From: Eledone cirrhosa
Taxonomy: Eukaryota
Length of the DNA stretch: 64,000 bases
Direction of reading: 5' to 3'
Assembly (NCBI GenBank): GCA_964016885.1
Contig: OZ024744.1
Coordinates: 5,580,001-5,644,000, forward strand
Shown: positions 1-12,100 of the stretch, piece by piece
How positions within the stretch are numbered: the stretch's first letter is position 1
Layout of the letters: every line of letters starts with the position of its first letter
Notes under the pieces: model-generated
Seen by the model: the letters and a program-made list of their open reading frames with translations, nothing else
What the model was told of the DNA's origin: nothing
Database searches by the model: none
Program-made: the position numbers and the translations under genes

Positions 1-3000
1 TATCGGTTAATTTTCTCCCTCTCCTTCTCTTGCACTCTCGTGTCGAACGGGCAGGCCACATCCACAATCAGGCACGATCTTTTTTCTTTGTCCACAACCA
101 CCAGGTCAGGTCTATTGTGTTCCAGTTTTTTGTCCGTCTGTATCCTAAAATCCCACAGCACCTTCACCTGACTGTTCTCCATCACCGCCTCTGGCCTATG
201 CTCATACCATTTCTCAGAATGTGGTAGATTGTTTACTTTGCACAGGTGCCAGTGGATCACCCTGCCCATCACATCGTGTCTCCAGCCCTTATAGTGGGTC
301 TGGGCTAGGTGTTTACACTCGGACACGATGTGAGCCACAGTCTCCTCTCTCTCTCCACAGATCCTGCACAGTGGGCTAGCCTCCTCCTTGTAGATATGGT
401 GCTTCAACCACTTCGTTTTGAGGGCCTGCTCCTGCGCAGCCATTAGCATTCCTTCTGTAGCCTTTTTGAGGTCTCCTCTTCTCAACCAGTTCCATGTCTG
501 TGGATCTCTAAATTCAGTTTTCTCAAAGAAGGTACTATGAAGGGATTTTCCCTTAAGGCTGCTCTTCCTCCTTGATGTTATTTCCTCCTTGGATATCCCC
601 TGGCCTACTGTCCCCTCCTTCAGTACAGCTCTGAGCATTGGCTCCTTACTATAGGTCACGTATTTGTATAGGTTGTTTTTCTCCATCTGAACACAGTCCT
701 CTATGCTGATAAGACCTCTTCCACCCTCAGATCTCCTTAGGTAGAGTCTATCGACATCACTCCTCTTGTGGAACATGTTGTAGATAGTCAATAGCTTCCT
801 AGTCTTCCTATCCATTTCTTTTTGTTCAGCAACATTCCATCTCAGAATTCCCGCACTGTACCTAATAATAGACACAGCTCGGGAATTTACTGCGCTTATG
901 GCATTTCTGCTGTTCAGATGTGACTTCAATACGCTCCTTACTCACCGAATGTATTCAGTTCTTAACAATTCCTTCATTTTTTTGTTCTTTATGCCATCAG
1001 CCTCCAGAACGCCCAAATACTTGTATCCTTCCTCAGAGTCAATTTCCTTTATCATCTCACCTGTTGGTATCTGGATCCCGTTACTTCTGCTCAACCTACC
1101 CCTCCTCATCACAATGACTCCACATTTACCAATACCAAACTGCATACATATATCACTGCTGAAAATACGGACAGTGTCAACAAGCACATCCAACTCCTTC
1201 TCACTTTTCCCGAAGAGCTTAAGATCGTCCATGAAGAGGAGGTGATTGATGGTAAGCTCTCCCCTTCCCAACTTGTATCCTGCTCTCACTTTTCGCAGCA
1301 TAATGGTCAAGGGCATCAGGGCAAGGACAAACAACAGAGGGGACAGGCTATCTCCCTGGAAGATACCTCTCTTGATCTTCACGCTTCCCAAGGATACTCC
1401 AGTTGATGTCAACTCTGTCTCCCAGGACCCCATACTCCTGCCCAGCAACTGTCTGATGTTATCTGCCACCCTGAAGATCTCCAGGCTTTTGGTGATCCAG
1501 GAATGAGGCACCATGTCAAATGCCTTTCTGTAGTCTATCCATCCCATGGCAAGATCAGTGTGTCTCCTCCTGCAATTCCCCATTACCATCTTATCAATAA
1601 GCAACTGGTCCTTTGTACCACGTGACTTCTTTCGGCATCCTTTCTGTTCGTCCGGCAACAAGTTGTTTGTGTGGAGGTGATGGTAGATTTCCTCAGACAC
1701 AATGCTCGTCAACAGTTTCCACATTACGGGCAGACATGTGATAGGTCTATAGTTGGTAACATCATTACCCTTGATTCGGTCTTTCATTATCAGAACTGTA
1801 GTACCTTTTGTCAACCACTCTGGCACCTCACCCGACACCAAGCAGTCATTGAACATGGCCGTCAGCTTCGGGTGGAGGGATGTTAAATGTTTAATCCAAT
1901 ACCCCTGCACACCATCTGGGCCTGGTGATTTCCAGTTGGTTAGTTTTTTGGCTTGCCCCTTAAGAGTTTCAACTGTGATACTCAAATCAGTCTGTTGCTG
2001 TGCCTGCTCACCGATCTCCCTCTGTATTGTCTCAATCCACCCTGCCTGGGCATTGTGTCTAACATCCTGCTCCCATATTCCTCTCCAGAATGTTTTAGCT
2101 TGTTCCGCCCCAGGGATCAAGTCGTTGCCTCTTTCTTTCCCCTCAAGCTGTCCAAACAGCATCTTCTGGTTGTTGTCGAACATGCGGTTCTGTTTATACT
2201 GACTGACTCTGTTCTCGTATCGCCTGATTTTGGCACTCTTTGCTACAATGCGTTGCTTCAATTCCTCTATGATAATATTTAGCTTTTTACTCCTAGTTTT
2301 GTATTTTATTTCCAGTCTATTTTTAGTGCCTATGTTTTTTAGTGTCCCATTCAGTAGTGACTCAAGCTTTCCTATGTCATTTCTCATTTCCCCGATTTGC
2401 CCACTCAGTCGCTTCTTCCACCACGGCTCTGCTCTTTCTTGTCTGTTGTTTCCTCTCGCTTTTATACCAAGTAGTTTCCTCACCGTATTTGCTGTTGCTT
2501 TGAGGATATTGTTGCACTGGTGAAGACTCCTCGCCTCAAGGTATGGGATGACTTTGTTTACCTTAGCTGTTGTTTCTTTTAACTTTTTCCTGTCTAGAAA
2601 TCTTAGGTTCATAGGTCTCCCACTATCATTGTTCAACTCATCTACCACTAAATTTAGGATGTCAACCGAATCTTGTCCTAGCCCGTCAGCATTCATCTCC
2701 TCAGTGGCCGTATCTCTGTTCCAGGTATTATTTATCTCAGTATTCAGATCATTGTCTGCTTCGGGTGGTTCCTCCGTTCTCAGGACCTCCTCACCTTCAT
2801 TTCCCGCCGGCTCGCTTGTCTGGCATACTACACCCGCCATCTCCAAGCCATTCTCTCTGCTCAGTTCCTCCAGTTCCAGCTCGCTTATCCACCCATTAGT
2901 TCTTATTACCCGAGCCTGCCCGGCCAATTTTTGTTCATCTAATTTAAATAAACCAATCTCGTTCCAGATGTTATGCATCCGTCTCCTGTAGCCCCTCTCC

Positions 3001-3188
3001 TTGGGGTTACTTTTCAGGTAGCATTGCATAACAGTTCTATTCAATTCTTTCGTCCAGTTGGTTCTGGCCCCTTTCCTTCTTCTTCTTCCTCCAACATCAG
3101 CAGTATTTGGTTGACAGTCAGGTTCCTGCTGCTGAGCCAGGGGGCACCTGTTGGGTGAGAGTCTGTCACATGACGTTCTAGTCTCCAT
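1..3188 (-). pseudogene. RT-RLE ORF of unit 1, interrupted by one nonsense change (AGA>TGA at 942-944)
   Basis: ORF 942..3188 stops at RTEYIR*; downstream DNA stays near-identical to units 2-4 (ctcaccgaat vs ctctccgaat). Confidence 0.85.
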
Positions 3189-4255
3189 TTCACCGTTATT
3201 CGAACTGTTTATGTTCGATATTTAAACACTCTTATCGAGGATTGGCGAATGTATGTTTACATAGCCATCTGTGGATCCGCCATCCCACTTGGCCCTTGTG
3301 TGGCATTATCACCACGCTGTATACGGACACACATAAACAAACAAACACACGGGCAGAAAGGGCCCCAAAAATGAATAAGCATAAGTTTCATTGTAATGTA
3401 GTATTCGAATGTCTGACTTAGTTTTTGTTTTTTAAGTTTTACTTTTTCCCCCCTCTTCTCTGTCCGTCCGCCTGCTTCTCTCTTCATTCTTATTTTCTTT
3501 ACGTTTTTGGGGTTTCTTTTTTTGTTTTTGTTTTTCTCTGTTTGTTTTTCTCGTTTTTTGCTGTTGTTGCTGTGCTGCTTTTGTTGTTTGTTTTTTCTTT
3601 TTTCTTTTGAGTCTATCTATATATTTTGATGCCTTCCTCTTTGTTAGTAGTAGGAATTCTATAATGTGGAAGTGGCAGCCAGCAGAGACTGGCGGCGTTG
3701 GCGATACTGAGACAGTGGTGGTGGTGATGTCGATACCGAGGCAGTGGTGGCGGTGATGCGACCGTATTACTGTAGTGATGGTGCTGTAGCGGTGGCAGCA
3801 GCAGTGAAGGAGTCAAGGGGTGGTGGCGGCGGTGATGGGATAGTGGTGGTAATGATGGCCGTAGTGAGCGGTGGCGGTGAAGGTGAAAATGCTGTTGTGT
3901 TTAGTGTACACAGATGATGGGGTGGGTGGTGTATCTAGTTTCTGGTGTTGGTGAGTTTCGCTGTCCTATATAGTGTAGCCAGAGGAGAGGAGGGGGGGGG
4001 GGTTCTTCTTCTTCCATTTATAGCCATTTTATTTTTTTTTGGGATATACAGTGTACAATACAAAGTTGAATATTTGAATATTTGAGCCTTATAACAATAT
4101 ATTTTGGGTCCGAATTTTTTTGGGGCTCAAGCCGGGTGCTTTACGTAGCATTTGTACTAAGAGTTGTTATTTCACAAATGATTTAAATATGTTAAAAATT
4201 CAAAACTTACGGGAGCGATTTCATGACCTCCGTCACCTCGTGCGTCTTCTTCCCG
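1..4255 (-). mobile_element. R4/Dong-clade non-LTR retrotransposon, array unit 1 (3' end outside window)
   Basis: Single ORF with Myb-like N-terminus (WTKELN..CYLKSNP..GYRRRM), RT motifs NYRPITCL, WIDYRKAFD, GIFQGDSLSP, FMDD; ~1.07 kb leader ending at the next unit's (TAA)n tail. Confidence 0.9.
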
Positions 4256-4423
4256 TATTATTATTATTATTATTATTATTATTGTTATTGTTATTCCTTG
4301 AATCTCAGTCATTGATGTTGGTTAACTGGAAAGTCCGTTGGATTGAATATCAAGCCACTACCTGCAGCCTCAGATATTCAGGACGTATCGGAGGGTTCTT
4401 GCTGTTCCAAGCAAGCATGCCTT

Positions 4424-7400
4424 TTAAAGCGTTCCAAAAAGCGTGAAGGGGCCGATTTTCTTTAACCATCCCTGGAAACCTTTGGAGATAGTCCCCAGTG
4501 CGCCTATGACAATCGGGATCACTTTGACTTCATGGCAGTTCCAAATCCTTTTCACCTCCCACTTTAGGTCCTGGTATCGGTTAATTTTCTCCCTCTCCTT
4601 CTCTTGCACTCTCGTGTCGAACGGGCAGGCCACATCCACAATCAGGCACGATCTTTTTTCTTTGTCCATAACCACCAGGTCAGGTCTATTGTGTTCCAGT
4701 TTTTTGTCCGTCTGTATCCTAAAATCCCACAGCACCTTCACCTGACTGTTCTCCATCACCGCCTCTGGCCTATGCTCATACCATTTCTCAGAATGTGGTA
4801 GATTGTTTACTTTGCACAGGTGCCAGTGGATCACCCTGCCCATCACATCGTGTCTCCAGCCCTTATAGTGGGTCTGGGCTAGGTGTTTACACTCGGACAC
4901 AATGTGAGCCACAGTCTCCTCTCTCTCTCCACAGATCCTGCACAGTGGGCTAGCCTCCTCCTTATAGATATGGTGCTTCAACCACTTCGTTTTGAGGGCC
5001 TGCTCCTGCGCAGCCATTAGCATTCCTTCTGTAGCCTTTTTGAGGTCTCCTCTTCTCAACCAGTTCCATGTCTGTGGATCTCTAAATTCAGTTTTCTCAA
5101 AGAAGGTACTATGAAGGGATTTTCCCTTAAGGCTGCTCTTCCTCCTTGATGTTATTTCCTCCTTGGACATCCCCTGGCCTACTGTCCCCTCCTTCAGTAC
5201 AGTTCTGAGCATTGGCTCCTTACTATAGGTCACGTATTTGTATAGGTTGTTTTTCTCCATCTGAACACAGTCCTCTATGCTGATAAGACCTCTTCCACCC
5301 TCAGATCTCCTTAGGTAGAGTCTATCGACATCACTCCTCTTGTGGAACATGTTGTAGATAGTCAATAGCTTCCTAGTCTTCCTATCCATTTCTTTTTGTT
5401 CAGCAACATTCCATCTCAGAATTCCCGCACTGTACCTAATAATAGACACAGCTCGTGAATTTACTGCGCTTATGGCATTTCTGCTGTTCAGATGTGACTT
5501 CAATACGCTCCTTACTCTCCGAATGTATTCAGTTCTTAACAATTCCTTCATTTTTTTGTTCTTTATGCCATCAGCCTCCAGAACGCCCAAATACTTGTAT
5601 CCTTCCTCAGAGTCAATTTCCTTTATCATCTCACCTGTTGGTATCTGGATCCCGTTACTTCTGCTCAACCTACCCCTCTTCATCACAATGACTCCACATT
5701 TACCAATACCAAACTGCATACATATATAACTGCTGAAAATACGGACAGTGTCAACAAGCACATCCAACTCCTTCTCACTTTTCCCGAAGAGCTTAAGATC
5801 GTCCATGAAGAGGAGGTGATTGATGGTAAGCTCTCCCCTTCCCAACTTGTATCCTGCTCTCACTTTTCGCAGCATAATGGTCAAGGGCATCAGGGCAAGG
5901 ACAAACAACAGAGGGGACAGGCTATCTCCCTGGAAGATACCTCTCTTGATCTTCACGCTTCCCAAGGATACTCCAGTTGATGTCAACTCTGTCTCCCAGG
6001 ACCCCATACTCCTGCCCAGCAACTGTCTGATGTTATCTGCCACCCTGAAGACCTCCAGGCTTTTGGTGATCCAGGAATGAGGCACCATGTCAAATGCCTT
6101 TCTGTAGTCTATCCATCCCATGGCAAGATCAGTGTGTCTCCTCCTGCAATTCCCCATTACCATCTTATCAATAAGCAACTGGTCCTTTGTACCACGTGAC
6201 TTCTTTCGGCATCCTTTCTGTTCGTCCGGTAACAAGTTGTTTGTGTTTATGTGATGGTAGATTTCCTCAGACACAATGCTCGTCAACAGTTTCCACATTA
6301 CGGGCAGACATGTGATAGGTCTATAGTTGGTAACATCATTACCCTTGATTCGGTCTTTCATTATCAGAACTGTGGTACCTTTTGTCAACCACTCTGGCAC
6401 CTCACCCGACACCAAGCAGTCATTGAACATGGCCGTCAGCTTCGGGTGGAGGGATGTTAAATGTTTAATCCAATACCCCTGCACACCATCTGGGCCTGGT
6501 GATTTCCAGTTGGTTAGTTTTTTGGCTTGCCCCTTAAGAGTTTCAACTGTGATACTCAAATCAGTCTGTTGTTGTGCCTTCTCACCGATCTCCCTCTGTA
6601 CTGTCTCAATCCACCCTGCCTGGGCATTGTGTCTAACATCCTGCTCCCATATTCCTCTCCAGAATGTTTTAGCTTGTTCCGCCCCAGGGATCAAGTCGTT
6701 GCCTCTTTCTTTCCCCTCAAGCTGTCCAAACAGCATCTTCTGGTTGTTGTCGAACATGCGGTTCTGTTTATACTGACTGACTCTGTTCTCGTATCGCCTG
6801 ATTTTGGCACTCTTTGCTACAATGCGTTGCTTCAATTCCTCTATGATAATATTTAGCTTTTTACTCCTAGTTTTGTATTTTATTTCCAGTCTATTTTTAG
6901 TGCCTATGTTTTTTAGTGTCCCATTCAGTAGTGACTCAAGCTTTCCTATGTCATTTCTCATTTCCCCGATTTGCCCACTCAGTCGCTTCTTAAACCGCGG
7001 CTCTGCTCTTTCTTGTCTGTTGTTTCCTCTCGCTTTTATACCAAGTAGTTTCCTCACCGTATTTGCTGTTGCTTTGAGGATATTGTTGCACTGGTGAAGG
7101 CTTCTCGCCTCAAGGTATGGGATGACTTTGTTTACCTTAGCTGTTGTTTCTTTTAACTTTTTCCTGTCTACAAATCTTAGGTTCATAGGTCTCCCACTAT
7201 CATTGTTCAACTCATCTACCACTAAATTTAGGATGTCAACCGAATCTTGTCCTAGCCCGTCAGCATTCATCTCCTCAGTGGCCGTATCTCTGTTCCAGGT
7301 ATTATTTATCTCAGTATTCAGATCATTGTCTGCTTCGGGTGGTTCCTCCGTTCTCAGGACCTCCTCACCTTCATTTCCCGCCGGCTCGCTTGTCTGGCAT

Positions 7401-7762
7401 ACTACACCCGCCATCTCCAAGCCATTCTCTCTGCTCAGTTCCTCCAGTTCCAGCTCGCTTATCCACCCATTAGTTCTTATTACCCGAGCCTGCCCGGCCA
7501 ATTTTTGTTCATCTAATTTAAATAAACCAATCTCGTTCCAGATGTTATGCATCCGTCTCCTGTAGCCCCTCTCCTTGGGGTTACTTTTCAGGTAGCATTG
7601 CATAACAGTTCTATTCAATTCTTTCGTCCAGTTGGTTCTGGCCCCTTTCCTTCTTCTTCTTCCTCCAACATCAGCAGTATTTGGTTGACAGTCAGGTTCC
7701 TGCTGCTGAGCCAGGGGGCACCTGTTGGGTGAGAGTCTGTCACATGACGTTCTAGTCTCCAT
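4424..7762 (-). CDS. RT + CCHC zinc knuckle + restriction-like endonuclease (1112 aa; last 18 aa lost to CAA>TAA)
   Basis: FMDD; RLYLRRSEGGRGL; CRICGEREETVAHIVSEC; RHD; NRPDLVV..DVACP..EK..YQDL; IVIGALG; units 3/4 continue QKACLLGTARTLRYVLNI. Confidence 0.9.
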   Translation of the reverse strand: METRTSCDRLSPNRCPLAQQQEPDCQPNTADVGGRRRRKGARTNWTKELNRTVMQCYLKSNPKERGYRRRMHNIWNEIGLFKLDEQKLAGQARVIRTNGWISELELEELSRENGLEMAGVVCQTSEPAGNEGEEVLRTEEPPEADNDLNTEINNTWNRDTATEEMNADGLGQDSVDILNLVVDELNNDSGRPMNLRFVDRKKLKETTAKVNKVIPYLEARSLHQCNNILKATANTVRKLLGIKARGNNRQERAEPRFKKRLSGQIGEMRNDIGKLESLLNGTLKNIGTKNRLEIKYKTRSKKLNIIIEELKQRIVAKSAKIRRYENRVSQYKQNRMFDNNQKMLFGQLEGKERGNDLIPGAEQAKTFWRGIWEQDVRHNAQAGWIETVQREIGEKAQQQTDLSITVETLKGQAKKLTNWKSPGPDGVQGYWIKHLTSLHPKLTAMFNDCLVSGEVPEWLTKGTTVLIMKDRIKGNDVTNYRPITCLPVMWKLLTSIVSEEIYHHINTNNLLPDEQKGCRKKSRGTKDQLLIDKMVMGNCRRRHTDLAMGWIDYRKAFDMVPHSWITKSLEVFRVADNIRQLLGRSMGSWETELTSTGVSLGSVKIKRGIFQGDSLSPLLFVLALMPLTIMLRKVRAGYKLGRGELTINHLLFMDDLKLFGKSEKELDVLVDTVRIFSSYICMQFGIGKCGVIVMKRGRLSRSNGIQIPTGEMIKEIDSEEGYKYLGVLEADGIKNKKMKELLRTEYIRRVRSVLKSHLNSRNAISAVNSRAVSIIRYSAGILRWNVAEQKEMDRKTRKLLTIYNMFHKRSDVDRLYLRRSEGGRGLISIEDCVQMEKNNLYKYVTYSKEPMLRTVLKEGTVGQGMSKEEITSRRKSSLKGKSLHSTFFEKTEFRDPQTWNWLRRGDLKKATEGMLMAAQEQALKTKWLKHHIYKEEASPLCRICGEREETVAHIVSECKHLAQTHYKGWRHDVMGRVIHWHLCKVNNLPHSEKWYEHRPEAVMENSQVKVLWDFRIQTDKKLEHNRPDLVVMDKEKRSCLIVDVACPFDTRVQEKEREKINRYQDLKWEVKRIWNCHEVKVIPIVIGALGTISKGFQGWLKKIGPFTLFGTL

Positions 7763-8335
7763 TTCACCGTTATTCGAACTGTTTATGTTCGATATTTAAA
7801 CACTCTTATCGAGGATTGGCGAATGTATGTTTACATAGCCATCTGTGGATCCGCCATCCCACTTGGCCCTTGTGTGGCATTATCACCACGCTGTATACGG
7901 ACACACATAAACAAACAAACACACGGGCAGAAAGGGCCCCAAAAATGAATAAGCATAAGTTTCATTGTAATGTAGTATTCGAATGTCTGACTTAGTTTTT
8001 GTTTTTTAAGTTTTACTTTTTCCCCCCTCTTCTCTGTCCGTCCGCCTGCTTCTCTCTTCATTCTTATTTTCTTTACGTTTTTGGGGTTTCTTTTTTTGTT
8101 TTTGTTTTTCTCTGTTTGTTTTTCTCGTTTTTTGCTGTTGTTGCTGTGCTGCTTTTGTTGTTTGTTTTTTCTTTTTTCTTTTGAGTCTATCTATATATTT
8201 TGATGCCTTCCTCTTTGTTAGTAGTAGGAATTCTATAATGTGGAAGTGGCAGCCAGCAGAGACTGGCGGCGTTGGCGATACTGAGACAGTGGTGGTGGTG
8301 ATGTCGATACCGAGGCAGTGGTGGCGGTGATGCGA

Positions 8336-8986
8336 CCGTATTACTGTAGTGATGGTGCTGTAGCGGTGGCAGCAGCAGTGAAGGAGTCAAGGGGTGGTGG
8401 CGGCGGTGATGGGATAGTGGTGGTAATGATGGCCGTAGTGAGCGGTGGCGGTGAAGGTGAAAATGCTGTTGTGTTTAGTGTACACAGATGATGGGGTGGG
8501 TGGTGTATCTAGTTTCTGGTGTTGGTGAGTTTCGCTGTCCTATATAGTGTAGCCAGAGGAGAGGAGGGGTGGGGGGGTTCTTCTTCTTCCATTTATAGCC
8601 ATTTTATTTTTTTTTTGGATATACAGTGTACAATACAAAGTTGAATATTTGAATATTTGAGCCGTATTACTGTAGTGATGGTGCTGTAGCGGTGGCAGCA
8701 GCAGTGAAGGAGTCAAGGGGTGGTGGCGGCGGTGATGGGATAGTGGTGGTAATGATGGCCGTAGTGAGCGGTGGCGGTGAAGGTGAAAATGCTGTTGTGT
8801 TTAGTGTACACAGATGATGGGGTGGGTGGTGTATCTAGTTTCTGGTGTTGGTGCGTTTAGCTGTCCTATATAGTGTAGCCAGAGGAGAGGAGGGGGGGGG
8901 GTTCTTCTTCTTCCATTTATAGCCATTTTTTTTTTTTTTGGATATACAGTGTACAATACAAAGTTGAATATTTGAATATTTGAGCC
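8336..8986. repeat. ~326 bp direct tandem duplication within the unit 2 leader
   Basis: ccgtattactgtagtgatgg...tttgaatatttgag at 8336-8661 and again at 8662-8986; single copy in units 1 and 3. Confidence 0.9.
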
Positions 8987-9152
8987 TTATAACAATATAT
9001 TTTGGGTCCGAATTTTTTTGGGGCTCAAGCCGGGTGCTTTACGTAGCATTTGTACTAAGAGTTGTTATTTCACAAATGATTTAAATATGTTAAAAATTCA
9101 AAACTTACGGGAGCGATTTCATGACCTCCGTCACCTCGTGCGTCTTCTTCCC

Positions 9153-9153
<1 letters not shown>

Positions 9154-9187
<34 letters not shown>

Positions 9188-12100
9188 GTTATTGTTATTC
9201 CTTGAATCTCAGTCATTGATGTTGGTTAACTGGAAAGTCCGTTGGATTGAATATCAAGCCACTACCTGCAGCCTCAGATATTCAGGACGTATCGGAGGGT
9301 TCTTGCTGTTCCAAGCAAGCATGCCTTTTGAAGCGTTCCAAAAAGCGTGAAGGGGCCGATTTTCTTTAACCATCCCTGGAAACCTTTGGAGATAGTCCCC
9401 AGTGCGCCTATGACAATCGGGATCACTTTGACTTCATGGCAGTTCCAAATCCTTTTCACCTCCCACTTTAGGTCCTGGTATCGGTTAATTTTCTCCCTCT
9501 CCTTCTCTTGCACTCTCGTGTCGAACGGGCAGGCCACATCCACAATCAGGCACGATCTTTTTTCTTTGTCCATAACCACCAGGTCAGGTCTATTGTGTTC
9601 CAGTTTTTTGTCCGTCTGTATCCTAAAATCCCACAGCACCTTCACCTGACTGTTCTCCATCACCGCCTCTGGCCTATGCTCATACCATTTCTCAGAATGT
9701 GGTAGATTGTTTACTTTGCACAGGTGCCAGTGGATCACCCTGCCCATCACATCGTGTCTCCAGCCCTTATAGTGGGTCTGGGCTAGGTGTTTACACTCGG
9801 ACACAATGTGAGCCACAGTCTCCTCTCTCTCTCCACAGATCCTGCACAGTGGGCTAGCCTCCTCCTTGTAGATATGGTGCTTCAACCACTTCGTTTTGAG
9901 GGCCTGCTCCTGCGCAGCCATTAGCATTCCTTCTGTAGCCTTTTTGAGGTCTCCTCTTCTCAACCAGTTCCATGTCTGTGGATCTCTAAATTCAGTTTTC
10001 TCAAAGAAGGTACTATGAAGGGATTTTCCCTTAAGGCTGCTCTTCCTCCTTGATGTTATTTCCTCCTTGGACATCCCCTGGCCTACTGTCCCCTCCTTCA
10101 GTACAGTTCTGAGCATTGGCTCCTTACTATAGGTCACGTATTTGTATAGGTTGTTTTTCTCCATCTGAACACAGTCCTCTATGCTGATAAGACCTCTTCC
10201 ACCCTCAGATCTCCTTAGGTAGAGTCTATCGACATCACTCCTCTTGTGGAACATGTTGTAGATAGTCAATAGCTTCCTAGTCTTCCTATCCATTTCTTTT
10301 TGTTCAGCAACATTCCATCTCAGAATTCCCGCACTGTACCTAATAATAGACACAGCTCGGGAATTTACTGCGCTTATGGCATTTCTGCTGTTCAGATGTG
10401 ACTTCAATACGCTCCTTACTCTCCGAATGTATTCAGTTCTTAACAATTCCTTCATTTTTTTGTTCTTTATGCCATCAGCCTCCAGAACGCCCAAATACTT
10501 GTATCCTTCCTCAGAGTCAATTTCCTTTATCATCTCACCTGTTGGTATCTGGATCCCGTTACTTCTGCTCAACCTACCCCTCTTCATCACAATGACTCCA
10601 CATTTACCAATACCAAACTGCATACATATATAACTGCTGAAAATACGGACAGTGTCAACAAGCACATCCAACTCCTTCTCACTTTTCCCGAAGAGCTTAA
10701 GATCGTCCATGAAGAGGAGGTGATTGATGGTAAGCTCTCCCCTTCCCAACTTGTATCCTGCTCTCACTTTTCGCAGCATAATGGTCAAGGGCATCAGGGC
10801 AAGGACAAACAACAGAGGGGACAGGCTATCTCCCTGGAAGATACCTCTCTTGATCTTCACGCTTCCCAAGGATACTCCAGTTGATGTCAACTCTGTCTCC
10901 CAGGACCCCATACTCCTGCCCAGCAACTGTCTGATGTTATCTGCCACCCTGAAGACCTCCAGGCTTTTGGTGATCCAGGAATGAGGCACCATGTCAAATG
11001 CCTTTCTGTAGTCTATCCATCCCATGGCAAGATCAGTGTGTCTCCTCCTGCAATTCCCCATTACCATCTTATCAATAAGCAACTGGTCCTTTGTACCACA
11101 TGACTTCTTTCGGCATCCTTTCTGTTCGTCCGGTAACAAGTTGTTTGTGTGGAGGTGATGGTAGATTTCCTCAGACACAATGCTCGTCAACAGTTTCCAC
11201 ATTACGGGCAGACATGTGATAGGTCTATAGTTGGTAACATCATTACCCTTGATTCGGTCTTTCATTATCAGAACTGTGGTACCTTTTGTCAACCACTCTG
11301 GCACCTCACCCGACACCAAGCAGTCATTGAACATGGCCGTCAGCTTCGGGTGGAGGGATGTTAAATGTTTAATCCAATACCCCTGCACACCATCTGGGCC
11401 TGGTGATTTCCAGTTGGTTAGTTTTTTGGCTTGCCCCTTAAGAGTTTCAACTGTGATACTCAAATCAGTCTGTTGTTGTGCCTTCTCACCGATCTCCCTC
11501 TGTACTGTCTCAATCCACCCTGCCTGGGCATTGTGTCTAACATCCTGCTCCCATATTCCTCTCCAGAATGTTTTAGCTTGTTCCGCCCCAGGGATCAAGT
11601 CGTTGCCTCTTTCTTTCCCCTCAAGCTGTCCAAACAGCATCTTCTGGTTGTTGTCGAACATGCGGTTCTGTTTATACTGACTGACTCTGTTCTCGTATCG
11701 CCTGATTTTGGCACTCTTTGCTACAATGCGTTGCTTCAATTCCTCTATGATAATATTTAGCTTTTTACTCCTAGTTTTGTATTTTATTTCCAGTCTATTT
11801 TTAGTGCCTATGTTTTTTAGTGTCCCATTCAGTAGTGACTCAAGCTTTCCTATGTCATTTCTCATTTCCCCGATTTGCCCACTCAGTCGCTTCTTAAACC
11901 GCGGCTCTGCTCTTTCTTGTCTGTTGTTTCCTCTCGCTTTTATACCAAGTAGTTTCCTCACCGTATTTGCTGTTGCTTTGAGGATATTGTTGCACTGGTG
12001 AAGGCTCCTCGCCTCAAGGTACCACTAAATTTCGGATGTCAACCGAATCTTGTCCTAGCCCGTCAGCATTCACCTCCTCAGTGGCCGTATCTCTGTTCCA

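Larger units (their letters stand above)
4256..9153 (-). mobile_element. R4/Dong-clade retrotransposon, full-length array unit 2
   Basis: (TAA)n tail 4256-4295, short 3' UTR, ORF, and leader carrying a ~326 bp tandem duplication. Confidence 0.92.

Noticed and set aside
3190-3370. Canonical HDV-like ribozyme in the Dong 5' UTR
   Set aside because: Could not assign P2/P3/P1.1; kept only as an unclassified structured motif
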